In this document: piece after piece, positions 31,165 through 39,141 of the stretch | Position numbering within the stretch: position 1 is the stretch's first letter | Layout: each line of letters opens with the position of its first letter | Assembly: GCA_963718235.1 (NCBI GenBank) | Contig: CAVQYR010000001.1 | Location: 288,001-352,000 of the forward strand | Direction of reading: 5' to 3' | DNA from: an uncultured Actinomycetota bacterium | GTDB taxonomy: Bacteria; Actinomycetota; Actinomycetes; JAHEKZ01 | DNA: 64,000 nt | Program-made: the position numbers and the translations under genes | The notes under the pieces: generated by a model | The model's database searches: none | What the model was told of the DNA's origin: nothing | Seen by the model: the letters and a program-made list of their open reading frames with translations, nothing else

Positions 31165-31834
31165 CGTCGGCGACTTCGGACAAGAACGCGTCGACCAGGG
31201 CGTGGCACCGCTCCCGGGACGAGGCGCACTGCGCATCGGTCTCGGCGTACATCGCTTCCAGGTCGATCCCCTCTCGGGTGGCCTGGTCGCGCGACCCGGC
31301 GCCCCAGCGGCGGACGATCTGCGGTGACACCTCGGGGTGGAACTGCCAGGCCAGCATCCGGCCGATCCGGAACGCCTGGGGCCCCGCCGCAGACTGCGCA
31401 AGCACCTCGGCTCCGTCGGGCGGGGTGAACGCGTCGACGTGGAACTCGAACCACGGACCGGACGGCGCGAGCTGCTCGTCGTCGCTGTCCAGGGCGAACC
31501 ACCCGATCTCGGTCCGCTTCGCGGCATGCACCGAACCACCGAGTGCATGGGCCATCAGCTGGGCGCCGTAACAGATGCCCAGCACCGGAAGGTCACGGAC
31601 ACCGGCCTCCCGGACCAGCGCGCTCTCCCGCTCCACCTCGTCTCGGACGTGCTCCCAGTACGTCGACCAGTCCGAGCCGAGCATCACGACGAGGTCGAAG
31701 CCGTCGAGGGTCGAGGGAAGCGCACCCGGTGCATCGCGGTAGCCGACGACCAGCTCGACGCCTCGGTCGCGCAGCCGTTCTCCCACGTACCCGGCGTCGT
31801 CGTCGCCGGTGTTGGCGATCAGCAGTGCGCGCAT
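31130..31834 (-). CDS. Type 1 glutamine amidotransferase
   Basis: PVLGICYGAQL and QFHPE catalytic triad motifs. Confidence 0.9.
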   Translation of the reverse strand: MRALLIANTGDDDAGYVGERLRDRGVELVVGYRDAPGALPSTLDGFDLVVMLGSDWSTYWEHVRDEVERESALVREAGVRDLPVLGICYGAQLMAHALGGSVHAAKRTEIGWFALDSDDEQLAPSGPWFEFHVDAFTPPDGAEVLAQSAAGPQAFRIGRMLAWQFHPEVSPQIVRRWGAGSRDQATREGIDLEAMYAETDAQCASSRERCHALVDAFLSEVADVTPAASAHRSR

Positions 31835-31844
31835 GGCGGGCAGG

Positions 31845-32840
31845 CTACGCGGTGGGGCCGCCGACGCGCAGCAGGATCTTGCCCACGTTTGCGCCCGCCT
31901 CCATCTGCTCGTGCGCGCGGGCTGCGTGCTCGATCGGGACGACCTCATGGACGACCGGCACGATCGTCTGGTCCTCCACCAGCGGCCAGACCTGCTGCCG
32001 CACGCCCCGCACGATGTCCGCCTTCTCGGCAGCGGGTCGTGCTCTGAGCGTGGTCCCGTGCACCGACGCTCGCCGGCTCATCAGACGTCTGAGGTCGAGC
32101 TCGCCCTTGGCGCCCCCTTGCAGGCCGATCACGACGAGCCGGCCCCCCGGTGCCACAGCCCGCAGGTTCCGGTCGAGGTAGGAAGCCCCCATCACGTCGA
32201 GGACGACGTCGACGCCGCGACCGTCGGTGGCCTCGCGCACCGCATCGACGAAGTCGACCTCGCGGTAGTTGATCGCGACGTCGGCACCCAGGGCTCGCGC
32301 GGTGTCCCCCTTGCCCTGCGAGCCGACGGTGACGAGCACGCGCACCCCCAGCGCACGGGCGAGCTGGACGGCGAACGTCCCGATCCCCGACCCGCCGCCG
32401 TGCACGAGCAGCGTCTCGCCCCGCTGGAGCCGGGCCACCAGGACCAGGTTCGACCACACGGTGCAGGCGACCTCGGGCAGTGCCGCGGCGGTGACGACGT
32501 CGACCCCGCGCGGCACGGGCAGCAGCTGCCCTGCAGGGACGGCGACCCGCTCGGCGTACCCGCCGCCGCTCAGCAGCGCCGCCACCTCGTCCCCGGGCCG
32601 CCACTCGGTGACCGCGCTGCCCACGGCGGTGACGGTGCCGGAGACCTCCAGCCCGAGCAGCGGCGAGACCCCTGGCGGGGGTGGATAGTGGCCACGACGT
32701 TGCAGGAGGTCGGCGCGGTTGACCCCTGCGGCCGCCACCGAGACGAGCACCTCGTCGTCGGCGCAGGCGGGCTCGTCGACGTCGTCGCGCCACTTCAGCT
32801 GCTCGGGTCCGCCGGGCTCCCCGACCACGATCGCGCGCAT
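31845..32840 (-). CDS. NAD(P)H-quinone oxidoreductase, PIG3 family
   Basis: GVNRADLLQR.G.YPPP, LVHGGGSGIG, GTTLRAR. Confidence 0.92.
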   Translation of the reverse strand: MRAIVVGEPGGPEQLKWRDDVDEPACADDEVLVSVAAAGVNRADLLQRRGHYPPPPGVSPLLGLEVSGTVTAVGSAVTEWRPGDEVAALLSGGGYAERVAVPAGQLLPVPRGVDVVTAAALPEVACTVWSNLVLVARLQRGETLLVHGGGSGIGTFAVQLARALGVRVLVTVGSQGKGDTARALGADVAINYREVDFVDAVREATDGRGVDVVLDVMGASYLDRNLRAVAPGGRLVVIGLQGGAKGELDLRRLMSRRASVHGTTLRARPAAEKADIVRGVRQQVWPLVEDQTIVPVVHEVVPIEHAARAHEQMEAGANVGKILLRVGGPTA

Positions 32841-32895
32841 GTGCTGACCCTAGGTGGTGACCGTGAGACGGTGGGGTAGACCAGGTGGAGGTTCC

Positions 32896-34734
32896 ATGGC
32901 GCGCCCGTTGCGCATCGCCAACTGCAGCGGCTTCTACGGAGACCGGCTGGCAGCGGCTCGTGAGGTGGTCGACGCCGGGCCGCTCGACGTCCTCACCGGC
33001 GACTGGCTGGCCGAGCTGACGATGCTCATCCTGGCCCGCTCGAGGTTGAAGCGCGGGCCCGGCAGCGGCTACGCACGCACCTTCCTCGACCAGATGGACG
33101 ACGTGCTGGACCGCTGCCTGCACCGGGGGATCAAGGTGGTGAGCAACGCCGGAGGCGTCGACCCGGCCGGCCTGGCCGCCGCTGTGCACGAGCTGGCCGT
33201 CCGGCACGGCCTGCGCCCACGGATCGCGTACGTGCTCGGAGACGACCTCGTGCCGCGCTTCGACGACCTGACGGCCGGGGGCGAGCCGTGGCTGAACCTC
33301 GACACCGGTGAGCCGTTCCGCGAGGTCGGGCAGCCGCCTCTGACCGCGAACGCCTACCTCGGTGCGTTCGGCATCAAGGCGGCGTTGGACGCCGGGGCCG
33401 ACGTGGTGATCACCGGCCGAGTCACCGACGCCTCGCTCGTGGTCGGCCCCGGCGCCTGGCACCACGGCTGGGGTCCCGACGACCTCGGCCCCCTCGCCGG
33501 GGCGACGACCGCGGGGCACCTCGTGGAGTGTGGGACCCAGGTGACCGGGGGGAACTTCGCCTTCTTCACCGAGGTCGCCGGCCTGAGCCGGCTGGGGTTC
33601 CCGGTGGTCGAGCTGGCCGCCGACGGCTCCTGCGTCGTCACCAAGCAGACCGGCACCGGAGGTGCGGTCACGCCGGACACGGTCACCGCTCAGCTGCTCT
33701 ACGAGATCGACGCCCCGCGCTACCTGGGGCCTGACGTCGTCAGCCGCTTCGACACCGCCGAGCTGGCGGTCGTCGGACCGGACCGGGTCGAGGTGCGCGG
33801 CGTCGTCGGTGAGCCACCACCGGGCAGGCTCAAGGTGGCCCTGAACTACCTCGGCGGGTTCCGCAACACGGTCACCTTCGTGCTGACCGGCCTGGACGTC
33901 GAACGCAAGGCACAGATCGTGGTCGAGCAGCTCTTCGCCGACCTCCCGGGCGGTCGGGACTCCTTCGACGACGTCGACGTGCAGCTGCTGCGTCATGGGG
34001 CCGGGCTGGACCCGCAGACGCTGTGGCAGGCCCAGTCCGAGCTGCGGGTGACGGTGAAGAGCCGCGACCCCAACCTGGTCGGCCGCGCCTTCACGGCCAA
34101 AGCGGTCGAGCTCACGCTGTCGTCGGTGCCGGGGCTCTTCCTGCCCGGACCGCCACCGGCGCCGTCGCCGTTCGGGATCTACTGGCCGACCACGGTCGAT
34201 GCCCGAGCCGTCGAGCAGCGGGTGCTGATGCTCGAACCGGTCCTGGACACCGGGTCGCCACAGGAGGCCACCGAGGTCGCGTCGGTGTCCGCCAGCGGGG
34301 TGCCTGCCGTGGCTGCGCCTGCCCCGTCGTACGGGGTGGCTGCACCAACGGCTGTCCCTCCCGGTTCGCGGGTACGGGCTCCGCTCGGGGTGATCCTCGG
34401 CGCCCGCTCCGGCGACAAAGGGGGCAACGCAAACGTCGGCGTGTGGGTGAGGAGCGACCACCCGCTGCGCGAGGCAGCCTACGAGTGGCTGGTGGCGGGG
34501 CTTACGGCCCAGCGGTTGGTCGAGCTGATGCCGGAGACCGAGGGCCTGGTCGTCGACCGCTTCGTACTGCCCAACCTGTACGCGGCCAACTTCGTCGTGC
34601 GGGGTCTGCTCGGACGTGGCGTGGCGGCGAACACGTCGGTCGATCCGCAGGGCAAGGGGCTGGGAGAGTACCTGCGGGCGAAGGTGGTCGACCTGCCCGC
34701 CGACCTGATGACCGGACTCGAGGAATCGCCATGA
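32896..34734 (+). CDS. AtuA family (acyclic terpene utilisation, DUF1446) protein
   Basis: RIANCSGFYGDR, DWLAELTM, GHLVECG, ARSGDKGGNANVG, DPQGKGLGE. Confidence 0.9.
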   Translation: MARPLRIANCSGFYGDRLAAAREVVDAGPLDVLTGDWLAELTMLILARSRLKRGPGSGYARTFLDQMDDVLDRCLHRGIKVVSNAGGVDPAGLAAAVHELAVRHGLRPRIAYVLGDDLVPRFDDLTAGGEPWLNLDTGEPFREVGQPPLTANAYLGAFGIKAALDAGADVVITGRVTDASLVVGPGAWHHGWGPDDLGPLAGATTAGHLVECGTQVTGGNFAFFTEVAGLSRLGFPVVELAADGSCVVTKQTGTGGAVTPDTVTAQLLYEIDAPRYLGPDVVSRFDTAELAVVGPDRVEVRGVVGEPPPGRLKVALNYLGGFRNTVTFVLTGLDVERKAQIVVEQLFADLPGGRDSFDDVDVQLLRHGAGLDPQTLWQAQSELRVTVKSRDPNLVGRAFTAKAVELTLSSVPGLFLPGPPPAPSPFGIYWPTTVDARAVEQRVLMLEPVLDTGSPQEATEVASVSASGVPAVAAPAPSYGVAAPTAVPPGSRVRAPLGVILGARSGDKGGNANVGVWVRSDHPLREAAYEWLVAGLTAQRLVELMPETEGLVVDRFVLPNLYAANFVVRGLLGRGVAANTSVDPQGKGLGEYLRAKVVDLPADLMTGLEESP

Positions 34735-35528
34735 CCGTGCAGAGCAGCGTGCAGATCAGCCGCGACACCGGGGTCACCACCTTGATCCTGGACCGCCCCG
34801 AGCGCCGCAACGCCTTGAACCTCGCGATGGTGCAGGAGCTGCGGGCGGCCCTGGACGCAGCCGCGTCCGACGACTCGGTTCGGGTCGTCGTCCTGACGGG
34901 AGCCGGCAGCACGTTCTGCTCAGGCGCCGACCTCACCGATGCCGCCGAAGGCGGTGCCGAGTCCTTCGCAGGAGGAGTGCCCGCCGCGTTCGCCGACCTG
35001 CTCGGTGCGATGGTCGACCATCCGAAGCCGATCATCGGCCGGGTGCAGGGTCACGTGGCCGGTGGAGGCATCGGCCTGGTCGCCGCGTGCGACCTGGCGG
35101 CGGCCGTCGACGGGGCCTGGTTCGCCTTCGCCGAGGTCCGGCTCGGGGTCGTGCCCGCCGTCATCGCTCCCTACGTCCTGCGCAAGCTCGCACCGGCCGC
35201 AGCCTCGGAGCTGATGCTCACCGGTGAGCGGGTCAGCGCGGAGGTCGTGCGTGAGGCGGGGCTCGTGCAGCGCGTCGTGCGCAGCGAGTCCCTCGATGCC
35301 ACGGTGTTCGCCTGGGCCGCCCAGCTGCGCCGTGGTGGTCCCCAGGCGATGGCGGTCACCAAGCGGGTGCTCACCCGGGTCCCCACGATGGAGCGGGCCG
35401 AAGCACGCGCGTGGACGACCGCGGTGTCGGCCGCGGCGTTCGGGTCGGTGGAGGCACAGGAGGGCATCGCCGCCCATGCGGGACGTCGCGACCCGTCGTG
35501 GGCCGGCCCGGGGGCTACTGCGTCGTGA
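34731..35528 (+). CDS. Enoyl-CoA hydratase (methylglutaconyl-CoA hydratase-like)
   Basis: RPERRNAL, FCSGADL, GGGIGLVAACD, EVRLGVVP; ATGA overlap with the atuA-like gene. Confidence 0.88.
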   Translation: MTVQSSVQISRDTGVTTLILDRPERRNALNLAMVQELRAALDAAASDDSVRVVVLTGAGSTFCSGADLTDAAEGGAESFAGGVPAAFADLLGAMVDHPKPIIGRVQGHVAGGGIGLVAACDLAAAVDGAWFAFAEVRLGVVPAVIAPYVLRKLAPAAASELMLTGERVSAEVVREAGLVQRVVRSESLDATVFAWAAQLRRGGPQAMAVTKRVLTRVPTMERAEARAWTTAVSAAAFGSVEAQEGIAAHAGRRDPSWAGPGATAS

Positions 35529-36060
35529 GGTCGTCGGGGGAGTCGACGTCGACCAGCGAGCCGGTCGGCGCCGCGACCGTCACAGGGTCGAGCCCCTCGT
35601 AGAGCGTCATCATCGCGGCGCCCTGGACCTGGCCGAGGGCGGCGAGCCGACGCATGAGGTGCCGTCGGGGCCACAGGGCGGTGAGCGGCTGGGTACGCCC
35701 GTCGTCGTCGGCCATGACGACGACCCGCTCGGCGTCGCCCGCGCACTCGATCAGTGCCGCGACCGCCTGAGCGACGCGGGGCATGTCGCCGGCCAGGATC
35801 ACGATCCGGTCGGCGCTGGTGCACGCGAGTCCGGCGGCCAGCCCGGCCACCGGGCCACCGCCTGCGGGCACCTCTCGGGTCCAGGTGACGGGCCGGGCCG
35901 TCGTCCGCTGCGGACCGACGACGACGGTGCGTTGCGCGTGGGCGACCGCGTCCAGGGCGTGGTCGAGCAGGGGCCGCCCCTCCAGGGCGTGGGCGAGCTT
36001 GTCCGAGCCGAACCTGCGGGAGTCGCCGCCGGCCAGCACGATGGCGTCGAAGGCGATCAC
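35515..36060 (-). CDS. mobA: Molybdenum cofactor guanylyltransferase (MobA-like)
   Basis: IVLAGGDSRRFGSDK, GGPVAGL, LAGDMP, DVDSPDD. Confidence 0.8.
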   Translation of the reverse strand: MIAFDAIVLAGGDSRRFGSDKLAHALEGRPLLDHALDAVAHAQRTVVVGPQRTTARPVTWTREVPAGGGPVAGLAAGLACTSADRIVILAGDMPRVAQAVAALIECAGDAERVVVMADDDGRTQPLTALWPRRHLMRRLAALGQVQGAAMMTLYEGLDPVTVAAPTGSLVDVDSPDDLTTQ

Positions 36061-36149
36061 CCGGGCGCCCTGCCTTGCGCGTCGTTGCCTACGGTGTGGT
36101 CCACGGTTGGGAGAGTAGGCCGGTTTCCGGTCGGTGAGGAGGGCACGGC

Positions 36150-36623
36150 ATGTCCGAGGCGCCGGTCGCCTTTCGGCGGCACCGGTACGACGAGGTCGTC
36201 GTCCACGGCCTGATCGAGGAGCTGCAGGAGGAGTACGTCGTCCGCTACGGCGGCCGTGACGGCACACCCGTCGACCCCGAGCAGTTCGCGCCGCCGACGG
36301 GCTCCTTCCTGGTCGCCACTCAGGACGGCGAGCCGGTCGGTTGTGGCGGGTTGCGGCGCCACGACGAGCGGCAGGTCGAGGTCAAGCGGATGTTCGTGCG
36401 CACCCCGTTCCGGGGACGGGGCCTGGCCCGGGTGCTGCTGGCGGCGCTGGAGGACGAGGCTCGTGCGCTCGGCTACGCACGGATCCTGATGGAGTCGGGC
36501 ACCGCACAGCCGGAGGCGATGGCGCTGTACGAGTCGAGCGGCTACGTGCGGATCCCTGGCTTCGGCTACTACCGGGACTCACCGGAGAACCGCTGCTACG
36601 CCAAGGACCTCGCCGCCGCGTAG
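36150..36623 (+). CDS. GNAT family acetyltransferase
   Basis: EVKRMFV...RGRGLAR, QPEAMALYESSGY. Confidence 0.9.
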   Translation: MSEAPVAFRRHRYDEVVVHGLIEELQEEYVVRYGGRDGTPVDPEQFAPPTGSFLVATQDGEPVGCGGLRRHDERQVEVKRMFVRTPFRGRGLARVLLAALEDEARALGYARILMESGTAQPEAMALYESSGYVRIPGFGYYRDSPENRCYAKDLAAA

Positions 36624-36662
36624 GGGCCGTCGGCCGCCGGTACGGCACAATGCGTTGACCCG

Positions 36663-36747
36663 GGAGGGTTGGCAGAGCGGCCGAATGCACCCGCCTTGAA
36701 AGCGGGAGATGCGCAAGCATCCGGGGGTTCAAATCCCTCACCCTCCG
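36663..36747 (+). tRNA. tRNA-Ser(UGA)
   Basis: GGAGGGT/ACCCTCC acceptor stem, CCCGC-CTTGAAA-GCGGG anticodon arm, long variable arm, GTTCAAATC T-loop. Confidence 0.95.
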
Positions 36748-36762
36748 CGCCGGGCGCGGTGC

Positions 36763-38087
36763 TCACCGGACGACGCGCCCACCCTTGACGACTGCCCGGA
36801 CGTCGTCGGCGAACACGCTGAGGTCGCCGAGGTCACGGCCGCCGACGGCGACCAGGTCGGCGTATCGGCCGGGCTCCAGGGAACCGACCGAGTCGTCGTC
36901 CATGCACTCCGCGGCCCACAGCGTGGCGGCGCGCAGCGTGTTGATCGGCGAGAGCCCGAGGCGCACCATCACGGGCAGCTGTCGGGCGTTCATGCCGTGC
37001 GGGTACACCCCGGAGTCGGTGCCGAACGCGATGCGCACCCCGAGCTCCACGGCCCGGGTGAAGGCGGCGCGCTGGGTCTCGGTGGTGTCGGTGTTCTTCT
37101 GCAGCGTCGCGGCCGGCCAGCCCTCGGCGCGTCCGGTCTCGGCGATCCAGTCACCGTTCCAGACGTCGGCCACCAGGTAGGTGCCCGCCTCGGCCATGAG
37201 CTGGAGCGCCTCCTCGTCAGCGATCGAGCCGTGCTCGACCGAACGGACGCCGGCGCGGACGGCTCGCTTGATGCCCTCGGCCCCGTGGGCGTGCGCAGCC
37301 ACGAACGTGTCGTACAGCGCGGCCTCGTCGACGGCAGCCCGGATCTCGTCCTCGGAGAACTCCGGCGCACCCGGGGTCGTCCCCGGTGCGAGGACGGCCC
37401 CTGTGGCGATCACCTTGATGAAGTCGGCGCCGCCGGCGAGCAGCAGCCGCACGTTGCGACGCACCTCGTCGACGCTGTTGCTCACGCCGTAGCGCAGGGA
37501 CCGGGGCAGCTCGATGTCGTGGGCGAAGCCGGTCACCCCACCGCCTCCACCGTCGGTCGTGATGTACGCCCCCGAGCAGCGCATGCGCGGCCCCTCGAAC
37601 CAGCCGGCCTCGATCCCGCGCTTGAGGGCGACGTCGGCGAAGGCCCGGAAGGTGCCGACGTCACGCACCGAGGTGAACCCGGCCCGCAGGGTGTCGCGCG
37701 CGTGCTTCACACCGACCAGTGCCTCGTCGGCCTCGCTCTTGGTGAGGATCTCGGCGTACGAGCCGCCCTCGATCGCGCCGACCAGGTGGGTGTGCAGGTC
37801 GATCAGGCCGGGTGCGACGGTGCAGTCGCTCAGGTCGAGGACCGCTGCGTCGGCCGGCAGCGGCACGTCACCCGCCTGGACCGAGGCGACCCGCTCGCCG
37901 TCCAGGACCAGGACGACGTCGTCGCGGACGACGCCGGCGCGCACATCGACGAGGCGACCGCAGCGGACGACGTCCACGGTGGTGGCGCGGGTGGCGAAGG
38001 AGTCCGGCGTCACGGTGTGGTCGGTGTGGTCGGTGTGGTCGGTGTGGTCGGTGGGTCGTGGTCGGTCTGGTCGGTCTGGTCAGACAT
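36763..38087 (-). CDS. Metal-dependent amidohydrolase (prolidase-like); probable N-terminal frameshift, ORF track starts at 38013
   Basis: PGLIDLHTH, FIKVIATG, AHAHG, FGTDSG; TAGGTT -10 element 7 nt before ATG 38087. Confidence 0.85.
38014..38081 (+). repeat. 9-bp tandem repeat (GGTGTGGTC x4, then GGTCTGGTC variants)
   Basis: Directly visible; would encode (D-H-T)/(D-Q-T) repeats on the minus strand. Confidence 0.85.
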
Positions 38088-38108
38088 GACGGCGAACCTA
38101 CCCCCCAC

Positions 38109-38178
38109 CCAAGTTGATCATGCAGAAGTTGCGGTCCCAGGAGGTCGAACCGGGAGATCATGTCCAAGATCAACTTGG
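38109..38178. repeat. Solo hairpin element (REP/MITE-like), related to 51568 and 52657 elements
   Basis: CCAAGTTGATC...GATCAACTTGG ends; 38113-38178 aligns ungapped at 51/66 with 52657-52722. Confidence 0.85.
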
Positions 38179-39141
38179 TGGGGTGGGGGTGGCGGCGAGG
38201 CGGGCGAAGCCCTCGTCGAGGGTGACCCGGGGGGACCACGCCAGCGCCTCGCGGGTGCGTCGCTGGTCGAACCAGTGGGCAGTGGACAGCTGCTCGGCCA
38301 GGAACCGGGTCATCGGGGGCTCGTCGTCGCGTCCCGCCAGCGACCACGACGACTCGACGAGCGCGCCGCCGGACCGGGCGACCGCGCTTGGCACCGACCG
38401 GGTCGGAGCAGGCGCGCCGCACGCCAGGCAGATGCGGGACAACAGCTCGCACACGGTGCGCGGCTGGCCGTTGGTCACCACGAACGCCTCCCCGTGGACG
38501 ACGTCGGCCCGGTCGAGCGCGGACACGACGGCGTCGACGGCGTTGTCGACGTACGTGCTGTCGATCAGTGCGGTGCCCCCGTCGACCAGGACCAGCCGCC
38601 CTCGGTGGGCGCGCTCGACGATCCGCGCGACGAGCTGGGTGTCACCTGGCCCCCACACGAGGTGCGGGCGTACCGCCACCACGGCGAAGCCGTCGGCGTC
38701 CGCGGCGAGGGCTGCCTGCTCGGCCAGGGCCTTGCTCCTCGCGTAGTGACCACGCGCACGCTCCGGGTCGGCCGGTGCGGCCCCCACCCCGACGAGGGGC
38801 TCACCGGCGTGGGCCACCGAGGGCGACGACACCTGGACGAACCGGTTGGCCCCGGCGGCCCGCGCTGCGGCCAGCAGGGCCCGCGTGCCCTGCACGTTGA
38901 CCCGCTCGAACTCCGCCCACGGCCCGGTCACGGACACCTTGGCGGCGAGGTGCACGACGGCGTCCTGCCCCGCCACCGCATCGGCGACCACGGCGGGGTC
39001 TGCAACGTCGCCCAGGACCTCGGCCAGCCCCGAGCCGCTCGGGCGCCGCTGCAGGACGGTGACGGTGTCTCCTCGGTCGGCCAGGGACCGGGCCACCGCC
39101 CCTCCGAGCATGCCGCTGGCCCCGGTGACGAGCACCCTCAT
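38170..39141 (-). CDS. oleD: OleD-like SDR (2-alkyl-3-oxoalkanoate reductase)
   Basis: VTGASGMLG, SSPSV, YARSK, RPHLVWGPGD; coupled to oleBC. Confidence 0.85.
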   Translation of the reverse strand: MRVLVTGASGMLGGAVARSLADRGDTVTVLQRRPSGSGLAEVLGDVADPAVVADAVAGQDAVVHLAAKVSVTGPWAEFERVNVQGTRALLAAARAAGANRFVQVSSPSVAHAGEPLVGVGAAPADPERARGHYARSKALAEQAALAADADGFAVVAVRPHLVWGPGDTQLVARIVERAHRGRLVLVDGGTALIDSTYVDNAVDAVVSALDRADVVHGEAFVVTNGQPRTVCELLSRICLACGAPAPTRSVPSAVARSGGALVESSWSLAGRDDEPPMTRFLAEQLSTAHWFDQRRTREALAWSPRVTLDEGFARLAATPTPPS

